Below are positions 37,286 to 48,700 of a stretch of 64,000 bases of DNA, one piece after another. Under the pieces are notes generated by a model, which saw only the letters and a program-made list of their open reading frames with translations, was not told the DNA's origin and did no database searches. The position numbers were made by a program, and so were the translations under genes. Location: NCBI GenBank assembly GCA_036172245.1, contig JAYWIR010000133.1, positions 1 to 64,000 on the forward strand, written 5' to 3'. Position 1 is the stretch's first letter, and every line of letters starts with the position of its first letter. This DNA comes from Raillietiella orientalis (lineage: Eukaryota).

Positions 37286-37316
37286 GTAGTTAGGATAATG
37301 ATGCTTTTGAATTGAT

Positions 37317-38807
37317 GCCAAGATAGTTTAATGAGAATAACGCTTTGTGGTATGGTTTTCACCCGGGTAAGCCGGGGCTTTTATTATTAAAAATTTTCGA
37401 ATTATGTATTTTATAATAAAGTCCTGTCGTGTATTGTCTTCCGCACTTCTGCTTTCCGACCGGTATGTCGGTAAGATCCTCTCCACTGCCAAAGGGGTCG
37501 GGAAAAAGTGAGAATAAAAAAAAAAAAAGAAAAACACTTGGGGGACAATGTTTATGGGTAGGGAAAGGCAGAGAAGGGTTCACGGTACGCCGCAGGGAGG
37601 CCTCAGCATCTAGTCCTGGATGCGAACTAGTGCTGGCAGAATTTTACTTAGCCGGCGCCAACGGGAAGCCTTCTCCATGGAGATGACTGCCAAGTGGATG
37701 GCATTCCGACTGCTGCGACCTCTTCTTGACGCGTTCCACTTGTCCAGTATTCCGCGTATGCAGCAGAGAACTGCTGCACACGCGACACCTGGCAGGGAGT
37801 TCCGCATCAGGAGGTGACGAAAAATGTTTTTAGGGTCGCCCACCGGAACGTTCAGTGCCGACGAGGATCGATCGCACGTTCGGCGGAGCGCAACACATTC
37901 GATGAGTAAGTGGGAGAAGGACTCCCTTTCCCCACACTCTGTACAATGGGCATCCAGTCTCCCCAATGTCCAGTGAGACAGGCGTGCTCTGCTCAAAAGT
38001 CCCCAATGGAGCACAAGCAGCGCCGTTTACTGCCAATCAAAAGGGAGAGTGCCATTGTCCCAATACGCCGGGGGCCACTTCACCTCCTCCGGACGGATGC
38101 CGAGCAGCTTGCCCGAACGCACAATTCCATTTGGCGGGACACTCGGGGTTGTAGCGTCGGCTTGTTCCTGGGACGTCCACGCCATCATCAGTTTTTTCAT
38201 GCCTCCGATGAGGCAGGACACTTCCCACGATGCCTCCTCTTGGCTGTCCCTGGCTTATCTGAGGGAGGGCAGCACGGGGGCAAGGGAGGTGAATGAAGCC
38301 CACAAAAGCTTTTCTGGGTTGGAAACGATCTCCCGCAGAAGCTGGCCAGCGTTTCTGCCTCGACGGAAGCAGGAGAACTCCAGATCTCTGGAGCCGTTGA
38401 TTTTTGCCCACGCGGAAACGGACTCCTGGAGCCAAGTAGTCCAGTTTGCAGTACTGCAGGAGATCCAAGGGTTGTTCCTCACCGGGGACACCAAGTCTCG
38501 TAGCTGAAACCCACAATGATTAAGTCTACTGTCGTTGGCTACTAGGATTGAGGTCAATCTGTTGCCCTGTGGGTGAGGAGTCGTGTGGGTGCACACCATG
38601 GTGCTGTCCAATATTTTGCCACAAGGACAAGTTTCCTAATTTGGAGCTGACGCTCCATGCTCTCCAACGTCCGCAGAACAAGTCCACCGTCGCTGCGTGG
38701 AGCGCACAAGTCCTTCAGTCGGACGTGGGACCTCCGGTTACTCCATAGGGCTTTCCTGATAAGGCCCCTTGTCCGGGCCCTTTTTGGTGTGGTAGGTCGT
38801 TATTGGC
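37317..38807 (+). tRNA. trnH: Mitochondrial tRNA-His relic split by a retroelement (halves 37317-37355 and 38788-38807)
   Basis: Rejoined sequence gccaa-gatagtttaatgaga-ataacgct-ttGTGgt-aggtcgttat-tggc has gccaa/ttggc and ataacg/cgttat pairings and sits directly upstream of nad5. Confidence 0.55.
37356..38786 (-). mobile_element. 5'-truncated L1/Tx1-like element (ORF2 C-terminus and 3' end)
   Basis: LHWGLL...CTECGERESFSHLLIEC. Near-identical (inverted) to 55730-57190. Terminus AATAAAagccccggcttacccgggtgaaaa. Confidence 0.9.
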
Positions 38808-40400
38808 GTTGAATTATATAGTGGTGTTGGTGAGGATAATGGTCGTAAATGTTGGTTTGTGACTTGTCTGTTGAAGTAGGATGGTATTAATTGAATGATC
38901 ATTGGTAAGGTTGAGAGGAGAAGAATGAGGTTTGTTTATTTTGGAGGCTAAGTGTTTATTGTTTCTAAGGTATGTGATGGTTATTTCTTTTTTAGTTATG
39001 ATATACAGTTTGGAATATATGAAGTGGAAGAAGAAGTGATTTTTTACATTCGTATTTTGGTTTGTAGTGAGAAAGGCATTGTTAATTATGAATAATAGTT
39101 AAGTGACTATTATTTTGGATTGGGATGGATTGGGTATTATTTCTTATTGTCTGGTTATTTTTTCTATGAATTGTAGTTCTAATTATGGAGGTATGATTAC
39201 TTTTTCGACTAATGGTATTGGAGATGGTATTTTATTGAGGGAGGGTAGTTGAGTTTTTGAGAGATTAGATATTAACGGTTGATGTTTTTTGGTAGCGGTG
39301 TTAATTAGAATGACTAAGAGTGCACAGTTGCCGTTTAGTGCGCGGTCACCGTAGGGTATGGGTGCACTTACTCCGGTTTCAGCTTTAGTACATTCGTCAA
39401 CGTTAGTAACTGCGGGAGTGTATTCAATGATTCGGCTTAATGAAATTGGGATGGTCAGTAGTATGGTGGTTTATGGTGGTCTGTTGACGATGGTGTATTC
39501 GGTGATGATGGGTAGGATAGAGGTTGATGTCAAGAAGATTATTGCATACTGGATGTTAAGGCAATTGGGTATGATGTTCGTGGGGCTAGGGTTGGGTATG
39601 GTAGGATGTTGGTATATTATCATTTATTGATTCGTGCTGTATTTAAATCGTGGCTGTTTTTATGTGCGGGATTCGTTATTCATACGTATGATGGGGGGAA
39701 GGATTTGCGAGTTATGGGGGGTAGAGGGACAGGGAATGTAGTTTTGGGTGTTATTTATAACGTTAGGATTGTGGGGTTTCCTTTCATGAGAGGTCATTGT
39801 AGAAAAGATTATTTAGTGGAGTGAATAGGATATTCAATGTGGGGAGGTGCAGTAGAAATTTTGATTTTTCATGGGTTAGTATTGACTGTGATTTATGGTT
39901 ATCGGATGTTGGGTGGATTGATAGGGGGTGTTAATGGTGTAGATAGGGGTGTTGGGATTGATATTCTTTTGTGGTAATGGGGTTAAATTTTGTCGCAGCG
40001 GTAGGGGGTAGAATGATTCTGGAAGGGATTGAGGGATTTACGTTTTCTTCAATGGAAAAATGTGCAACGATTGGAAGGGTATTTATTGGTTTCTTGTTTG
40101 TAGGTGTTGCGAGTTTTGTATTTGGCGGTCGGGCATATGTAATCCTGGTTATAAGTTTGCAAATTGATGGGAAGGCTAATATTAAGGAATTGGTTAATCC
40201 GTGTTAGTATAGTTGTGGAGATAATTGATAAGGGGTGAATGGAGTGAGGGTGTGTGGTAGGTGGCGGTGATTGTACGATGTTGTGGATAGGAAGAGTATT
40301 CTGTAAAATGTTATGGAAAGTGAATATTTTATTGCTTATTTTGTTATGTGTTATTTAGGATGAATGATTTTTGTAGATGACTTTGTGCGAAGTGAAGTTT
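38808..40400 (+). pseudogene. nad5: NADH dehydrogenase subunit 5 (NUMT)
   Basis: WDGLGIISYCLVIF, TKSAQLPFSA, MGALTPVSALVHSSTLVTAGVY, DVKKIIAY, AVFKSWLFLCAG. Confidence 0.93.
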
Positions 40401-40763
40401 GCGAATTTTCGTATTTTTGTGAGAAAATTTTCAATTTATATTTGTGGGTCGAGGAGGTGGATGTTCTAATGATTCTTAATGGAATAGTTTATATACCAAT
40501 TGTGGGGTAATTGATGAGGGGTGGATGTGGCTATCAGTAAGGGGAGTATTAGTTATCGTTGAGGTGATATTTATGATTGTTACGTGTTATTTAAGATGAG
40601 TGATTTTATAGATGACTTTGTGTACATTTAGGTTTGGGCATCTCAGAATCCCAGTGGAATGAAATTTTTAAATTGATCTCTGGGAATGTTGTGGTTTAGT
40701 AGAGAAAGACGAATTTAAGATTAGGGCGAAACGAACTGTGTCATCACTTTTGTCTACGAATAT

Positions 40764-41114
40764 TCATGAGATGGAGCCGTTATGAGGTTCATATTTTAAT
40801 CCTGAGATTAAAAAAAGAATGAATGATAATAATGCAATAGCTGTGGAAAGTGTAAGGGACAGTGGGAAGAGGGGTAGGGGGAGGATAATGGCTAATTCCA
40901 TATCGAAAATTAGGAAGATGATTGTAACTGGGTAGAATTGGATGGAGAATGGGAAACGTGAATTGTTTTTTGGATCAAATCCGCATTCGAAGGGAGTTGA
41001 AGTATTGTAATTCAATTGGCATGTTGTTTTAATGATTATTGCGAGAGAGAGAGAATGAGAGCGATAATAATAATAAGAGATGGTAGAAATAATATTCCTT
41101 AATAAAAGAGACAC
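40764..41114 (-). pseudogene. nad3: NADH dehydrogenase subunit 3 (NUMT)
   Basis: TPFECGFDP...FPFSIQFY...IFLIFDMELAIILP. Confidence 0.93.
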
Positions 41115-41529
41115 AATGGTATGCCACTGTTAAGGGATTCCAAGTCCCTGATGTTGTCTCATTGTATGAGGTGTGGTTATAGGATATTGGTTGCAATTAT
41201 CAATAAAATTGGGAATTTCTGTTTGCAAAACACACGTTATCATTTGAACTATGATTTGAATTGCCTTTTTAGCTTATGCAGAGCGAGGCGTTGAAAATGC
41301 TTAAAAAATAATGGACGATTGATGGAGAGTTTGAGTTGAGGGAATTTTTCTCATTAACAGTGATATGGTTAAGCTCAACTGAAATTCTTATCTTGAAGGG
41401 ATAATGTGCACAAAAAGAATTACTCTTTATTTCATAATAATTGGAAGTTATTTGTACTGTATATACTAAAAGAGTATGTTCACAAGTATGAGAATGAAAA
41501 TAGGAACAATCATAAAACATTTACGAAAT

Positions 41530-42070
41530 GTCAATATCAGAGGGGGAGTTGGAATGATAGATGGTGAAGGTGAGTGATGGAGAGTGTAGAAATTTTGGTT
41601 CCGGATAAAGTAAGGCAGATAAGACCGGCAAACACGTGTAAACCGTACAATCCTGTTGCAATGAAGAATGCTGAACCGAGAATTGAATCTGTAATAGAGA
41701 ATTCGAGTATGAGGTATTCTATGGCTCGAGTTGTAAGGAATCTGAATCCAATTGTGGTGGTAATCAGTAGGGATAAAAATGAGGTGGAATACTTTTTTTT
41801 TGAAGAGAGAGTGATGCGTTCGTGTTACTGAGATACCTGACCTTACTAGGAGAATGGCATTGAATAGAGGCCGTCCTATGGAGGAGGATAGGTCAAGATT
41901 GGGGGAGGTTAAGAAAATCTAAATTGTGGATTGTCTCTTAGTCTCGAGTGAAAGAATAATCAAAAGAAGGAAACGAATGAAAAAATTTCTGAGATAATAA
42001 ATATGATTATTGCAAATTGAAATGCTTTTATTACTCTGATTGGGAGGATACCGATAAATGTGGCCTCTCT
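41530..42070 (-). pseudogene. cox3: Cytochrome c oxidase subunit 3 fragment (NUMT)
   Basis: REATFIG, IFIISEIFSFVSFFW, SAFFIATGLYGLHV. Confidence 0.85.
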
Positions 42071-42801
42071 CTTTCTCTCCAAGTTGAAAATATCGTTTGT
42101 GTCAACCGGGAACGTTGTGGAAGGATGGAAAAGGGGTGAGGGCTCAGCTCGGTTCTTGGAATGCCCGGAAAGAATCCTTCGCAAGAACTCGGAAACCAAC
42201 ATTCGCACCGATTCTTGGATCACCCGACAGAACTTCCGATAGGCGTGTATGCCTCAATTCCACATATTCGTAGACAACATTCCTGGAACTCCAGGAATCG
42301 GAGAAGGAAGAAGACAAAGAATTTCCGGTGTTTACGAGATGCAGGGTTCGTCCCTTTATCTGCCATATCAATCGACAGAGTTTAGTTATCTGTAATCCGT
42401 GTATCCGAGCAGAATGGGATGCGTGCAAGGACTCTGGGAAGAGAACGCGTATATCGAGAGAACTGCTCCCCAGTTCTAAACGTGAGCTCAGCACATCTCT
42501 TGAAGATGGCTTTCCGCCATACACAAGTACCACTCTATGCTCCCAAGTCAGAGCTGTTTCATTCCTACCCTCAGTGATCGCACCGTCGCAGTCCATGCAC
42601 AAAAAGAGGGCAGGTTAGGTGAACACGTGGTGAATGAAGGCAGAGTAATGTAGCGTCGTATTATATTACCGTGCTACTGTTGGTAGCACCTCCTGGTTGG
42701 AGCAATGGCACCCTCCCCTTGGATTGGCAGGAGATGGCGCTGCTTGTGTTCCATTGGGGGCTTCTCTGCAGAGTACGCCTCTGTCAGTGCACCCGTGGGA
42801 G

Positions 42802-43570
42802 TTTCTCACCCGGTCACTCAGGAGCGTTTATTAATAAACACAGTACATCTGCGGTACTAGGCCCCGCTATGGCCAATGGTTCATGGGACCTGCCAGGAAG
42901 CCGGTTCTCAGACCGGCTTGACTCTCCTTGAAAGCGGAGTGAAATAGGGGGTAAAACAGAAAGGAAAATAAATGAAACCAACAAAAAAAAAGAAACTATT
43001 TGGGGGACCGCGAAGGGATCAAAGTCCGCTGGAGGAAGAGACCATGCTTTCTAGGATGCCCTCGAGGACCCTCGTCACAGCTCCAGGATGGGACCAGCCG
43101 ATCGCGATCCTCAGGTAGCGACCCGCGTGTACGATGGGGTCCCTATCGCTGCTTCCTCTGTTGGCTGCGCTCCACGCAGCCACAATCCCTCGGAGGCAGC
43201 AGAGCGCTGCCAGGGTTGAGGCTGGTTGCAGGGCGTCTCGCACGAAGAGGAGTCCAGCGGTTGCCTCCCTGTTATCTGCAAGCCTCCATGATGGCACCGA
43301 CAGGAAACGGAAGCGATTTTCCCTCGTCGGGCGCGCGCACGTCCGACGAGCAGACGATTCCAGCAAGCGGACTGGCATCCGGCTGCCTGTTCCGTACGTG
43401 TGGAATGTGCTTCCCCCATCTGCCTTTTCTCTTCGCATGCGCGGCTCACTCCGGAGGTCTACGGAATGCTGGAACGATGACTTCCGAGAATTGGGGAGTG
43501 AACGACAGTTGTCGTCTTGTCATCACACTCGAGGAAGAGGCGTGCTCCACGTGGAATTCGTAGGTCGAAG
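42802..43570 (-). mobile_element. 3' fragment of an L1/Tx1-like element, joined tail-first to a plus-strand ORF2 C-terminal remnant (42688-42801)
   Basis: LAALCCLRGIVAAWS is homologous to 3673-3720. Terminus AATAAAcgctcctgagtgaccgggtgagaaa. The host reads GTLPLDWQEMALLVFHWGLLCRVRL. Confidence 0.75.
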
Positions 43571-46500
43571 AGACATTAGGAATTTGTACCGCGAGAATTC
43601 CTGAAAACGTCTTCAATGACGGCTTCTGCGTGGAAAGATGGAATTACCAGAGAAACGCTGTGCGACCTTTTTTGACATCTGAGAGACGAAAAAGTGGCAT
43701 TCCGTCTGCAGCAGAAAAACTTCATTTTTCTGATGTCGATTCGTTGAAATTCATCAGTTTCATGGGATTTGGTTGCGGTCGTCGTCGCTTCGTCGCAGTT
43801 GATGCACGATGATTACCAGGAAACGGAAGATACGGATCGGCCCGTCATCAAATTTGGCACAACGAGCAATCGGCAGCTGGCTGGGCAGAGAAGACTGGAG
43901 AACTGCGGACCACAAAAACCATCAAGCTACTCTACGAGGAAGGCGATTCTCGATGTGATCGCCTGGAAAAGGGACGGAATTCCCATTCTGTCCAACAAGC
44001 GCCCTTTCCATTGACTCCTGCTTTGTCATCGCGCGCTGAAAAGGATGGATAACCAGGACTCCAGTGTAGAAGACACGGCATTCCGTGGAGACAGCCTGAA
44101 ATCAGCAGCGTGCCTCGTTGACTGGGACTTTGGCCAGAAAGCGGCCGTCTTCAAGAAGGCAGGGTCGCTGCTGAGAGTGGTTCAAGTTCTCCGGGTTCTA
44201 CCTGGAACAGACTGCGTCCCTACTGGTAGAGAAAGACACGATCTTCCACCGCCTTTTGAAGCGTGACATGTTGTGGAAAGAATCCGTTGCTGCGAACATC
44301 TCGTGAGCGCCAGCTCGTGAGCATAGAGTCTGGTCCATCGACTCGTGAGAATTGTTTTCCTGAAGGTGGTGGAACAGCCGCGGATGACGTCCCCTGAATG
44401 CTCCACGCGTTCCGTTCTTTGCCATGGAAAGAAGAATAGAAGCTGCCCATCGGGAAGTCGCAAGTTCAGAATCCATGGGGAACGAGAAACGCGCTTCCAG
44501 AAGCACACCAACATTCCAACCCGTGGATTGGGACTTGATCATACCGAGATTACAACAAGCTGTTCTCCAAATAGTAAAACACCCGGAAACGGAGTGGATG
44601 CGCTCTTCTGCATGGAATCTCTCTCGTCTTCCATCAACACATCTCTGGAGAGGAGCATATCGTTGTTGATCGCTTTCCAAGAGCTGAGAACTGGTTGTCC
44701 GTGACTGACCATAGTAGGGAAGAAACAGATATCTGATACCTTCCCTATCATCAGCAAACAGTGGTCGTGTTCGGCGCACTCAAAATTAGTTGGCTTTTAT
44801 AGTTCCACATAACCGACATCTTTATTTGCCGCCAAGTCGGAAGCTGCCCGCTCTGGCAGCCGCCTTCCAATGGTGTCCGCTCGCTTAGACGAATGTCAGT
44901 GGTAAAGCCGAACGAAGGAACGACGTGTACCCTTGCGGTCTGCATCCCACGCCGATTTTCGCTTTCGCAGAAACAAGTGCACACCACGGTCTCCTAAAGT
45001 CGTGGACAGGCACGCGCCTGCACCCATGGTCTTCACGTGTACGAACGCGGCATCCAAACTAGCCCGTTCCGTCTAGTGGGTGCCAGCTTGATGCTTGCAT
45101 ACGGACTGGTGGCGGCGTGAGAAAGACGCAAACCTGGAAGGACCGCGACCAGTCCTCGCATCCATGACGAAACGCACGAGTCTTCGTAGCGAGTGCGAGA
45201 GAGAACGGGGATCAATTCGTGGTCAACGATGCCGCCCTCTACACGCTTCTCAAGACAAAGAATGGGTGCAAACAATGTCCTGGGATACGATCGTCGAGTC
45301 GCAGGATACGGATCTCGCAGGATGATGGGAATTTGGGCGGTTCTTTTCCGTCTTCTCAGTTTTCCTTTCAGCTTTTCTTTTGGCTCGCCGAGTACCTTAA
45401 GAAACGTTGCGCGCCTGACGGTCCACGCAGCTCTTTAACCAGTGCTCAGCACGCCACCCGAGGATGCGTGTGATACTTCAAGATAAACGGTACCCCGGGA
45501 GGACACCCCCTGTGAATTCTACATGGGCTCCCGCGAAGGGAGTCCGTTGCTCTCGCGCCTGGGAAGGGATTCCCGAAGAAAATCTCCATCCTGGTTGCCT
45601 CCGAAGGGAACCCGGAAAGCATTCGTTCCCGTAATTTCTTTTCCGGAGGGAACATGCGTGGGAATCGCTCCAGTTTACCCCTCCGAAGGGAATTCCAAGG
45701 GAACGCTACCAGAAAGAGGGCTACCAATTTTCTCGGAAGGACGCTCCCTGAAAGGAGCGGCACGCTTTCTTGCACTCTGGAAGGAAGTGCAAGGGAGCGT
45801 GTCGGATTGCTTGCACCGATTTCAAAGAACGGAACGGAGGGTCCCCCCTCACGGCGAAGGGAGGGTTCGCTGATGTGCACAACAGGAAGGATACTACCAC
45901 TCCTGGATTCGGTTTCCTGGAAGGCTCCTATGACAGGTCGACTCCCGATTCCTGCCACTCCTCGGGCTATCCGTTTTTAACAGTTACCCGTGCCGCACTC
46001 GAACATTTTTGTAGGCCAACCAAGCCTTCATCTTACAGGGGAAACTCGCGGCGCACCCCCCTATCTCTCTGACGTCGATTCTTTCCGAGAATTCGAATGC
46101 TTGGTACGACGCGCGGAGACCGTAACCGCGTGGTTTCTGACGCAGGCCACTCGTTCGTCCAGATCCGTCAGCAAGCGCTACCTCAGCTTGGCTTCCTTCC
46201 GCGTGCTCAACCAGCAGACGGAGATGTACCTATATACCTGTACATTGCTCCCACTTGACTTGGAGCAACTTCTCGCTTCGTCCTCATGAAAGCACCTCGA
46301 CTCATCTCTCTGAGGCCGCTGTCCGGACAGCACGACTGAGTGCCTTCCGACTCATCATGCGGGCCATGGCCGGACACCGCCCGCCAGCATCGCGGTCCTC
46401 TGCACGTGGCTCGGAGAGGCTCTCCGCGATGCCGTCAGATGAGGGCTCACTGTGTGCGCCGTCAGCGTGGTGCGCGCAACTCTGTTACGGAAGAATCCAG

Positions 46501-46574
46501 TAGGGGTGCTATTAAATCGTGGGATGAATCTTGCTTGAAATCCGCGCACCCAAGTCTCGCAAAAAAATTCCTCG

Positions 46575-47020
46575 TTTCCAATCCCACTCTCAATCGACTT
46601 TTCTCTCTTCACTTCATCTTACCCTTTTCCATAGTAATCATCTCAACATCGCACGAAAATATTTCCACAAACTCTTTAAGAACCAGAAGAACATCAAACA
46701 TACTTCCTTTCCAACCAGTCTTTATCATTCAATATTTTACAAGTCTTCCACCATTTCACCATTCATTTCCCTTCTTTTCTTCACATCAACCTATTCCCCC
46801 TATATATATTCACATTCGAAAAAAATTTCTTACTCTCGAATTCTCTTGTAGACCACACAAATATGCAACCAATCTTTTCGCAAACACCAGTCTACGATCA
46901 GTGGCAAATAAGTTAAAAGGAGTCCTTGCACTTCGTACTAGTATTTTCATCTTAGCTGCTGTACCACTGCACAAACTACCTCCGCATCCATCTTATCACT
47001 ATTACCGCACAAAAAAATCT
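46575..47020 (+). pseudogene. cob: Second, more decayed cytochrome b NUMT fragment
   Basis: SNPTLNRLFSLHFILPF and LRSVANKLKGVLAL within ORF 46340-47305. Confidence 0.8.
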
Positions 47021-47203
47021 TTCTCTCTTGATCCAAGGAGGGAATCCGAAGGTAGCCACCTCAGTGGATCCTGGAAGGAATCGGAGGGTCCATTCCCGAT
47101 TGCATCCTGCCAAAGGGGATACTCGGTTTTCAACACGCACAAGAGTGTCGCACCCGAAGTCGATCACAGACCTGACAGACCACTCAAAACCCACGATGCA
47201 CCC

Positions 47204-47880
47204 ATTTTTGGCGTCAGTCCTTCAATTCCACTGACGGGTGCGTTTATTGCACGAAACATTTACAAGAAAAAAGGTGTCACACGAAACATACAAAGGTCTT
47301 CGTAATCGTTCCAAATCACCACCGAGTAGGAAAATGCCTCGGAAGCGCCGCTGCGCGTTGGCACCTTCTCCGATGAGATGCGCACAGGAAAAGTGGGGAA
47401 AAGGGGAAGCAAAAAAAAAAAACACACACACACAGAAAAGTACAGTCTCAAAACGTGGGCTGGCTGGAGGAGAGGGGAAGGGATCACAGGCTTCTTTCTG
47501 GATGCGGGCAGCTCCCTCCTTTTGTCCAGAGAAATGCCGCCGTCCGGTCGCTTTCCTCACCGAGGAGCAGACGATTGGGATGACCCCCGGCGACTGGCCG
47601 CTTTCGGCGTGACTTCTCTCAGCCTAGATCCCACGAAAGGCAGCAAAGGGCTGCAAGCGGAGTTGCTGGCGTCATGGACTCGCGAGCGAAGAGGCACCTA
47701 GAAACCACCGTTCCGCTGTCCATCGGCAGTGAGGAAGACGCAGCGAAGCGTTCCTGGACGCCCACGAGGGCAACGCAACGCAAGAACCGCAGCAGCAAGA
47801 TTTCCCGTTGTCCGCACCTGCCACAGTCTGCCTCCGTCCTCTCGTTCACCCGGTTGCATGGAATCGCCCAATGCGACAAC
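47204..47880 (-). mobile_element. 3' fragment of a related non-LTR element
   Basis: SHWAIPCNR...CGRCGQRE...LAALCCL. Terminus AATAAAcgcacc-cgtcagt-loop-actgacg-ccaaaaa. Confidence 0.7.
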
Positions 47881-47884
47881 TGGA

Positions 47885-48700
47885 ACCCATCAACCACTTC
47901 TTTTTCACCAATGCATACCCATGATCCATCCTTCCTTCTCAATAAGCACCTTGAACAACCGTTTGCCAAACCTGGTTTGTGCACAATAAACACAGACAAC
48001 TCTTAATCCTTAGGGTACCCATACCCACAACTGGAAATAGATTCTTGCAGGAGATGCATGTCCAACTGTCCAAAAGCAATCACTGCACCCGGATTGCCAA
48101 TCTTCGATTCATTACCACGGATAAAGTTTCACTCGCTTTCTTCTTCTGACACTTTTCTTGCACGCGCCATTGTGGGTTCGCTCACAACTCAATTGCTCTA
48201 CACCCTTCCTCGACCATACCATAGCATCCACCGAAGCAGCACCCATCCTGAACACCATTCTTCCCTGAAGATCGGATCTTCCCCTGAAATGCAAGCCCGA
48301 AGAAACAATCACTTGGGAAGTCACAAACAGCTTTTGTCTTACAATAAGAGAAGAAACAATCAAATGAAAGTATCGAAGAAGATGACGTAGACGGAATAAA
48401 CAAGGGCGATTGGAAATTGGTCTACTGCTGTGCATTCCTTGATGCACATCTCCCAAACCGCCTCTGGTTATCAATACACTTCTCAGTTCCTTGAATGCCA
48501 CGCGACGTGGAAAAGTCCCAATCGCCGATCCCCCCAACCCAAATTCGAGTTGATGCAATAACTCATGTTTCTAGGAAAACGAAAAGCTTTTATCCTCAAT
48601 AATAGATTCCGCCACGGCCCCGTCTATTTTGTGAAAAGCATTCCAAAGCTTCCTTGTTGAAAAGAGTGGCCTGAACATTGCATATTTGGTGCGAAAAACT
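47885..48700 (-). mobile_element. Very decayed RT-like fragment of a second non-LTR lineage
   Basis: SRPISNRPCLFRL resembles the RT RPIS motif. 47890-47950 is homologous to 54775-54835. Clade not determinable. Confidence 0.4.

Larger units (their letters stand above)
32450..42070. other. Large decayed NUMT with arthropod-type strand layout, interrupted by two retroelements
   Basis: Strong G/T skew. Recognisable rrnL, nad1, cob, nad6, nad4L, nad5, nad3 and cox3 motifs with stops and frameshifts even under the invertebrate mitochondrial code. Confidence 0.92.

Noticed and set aside
32450..42070. Genuine mitochondrial genome
   Set aside because: It has stops, frameshifts, missing genes and nuclear retroelement insertions.
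46340..47305. 321-aa ORF as a novel gene
   Set aside because: It is a chance read-through across unrelated pieces: unknown sequence, a cob NUMT and a retroelement 3' end.
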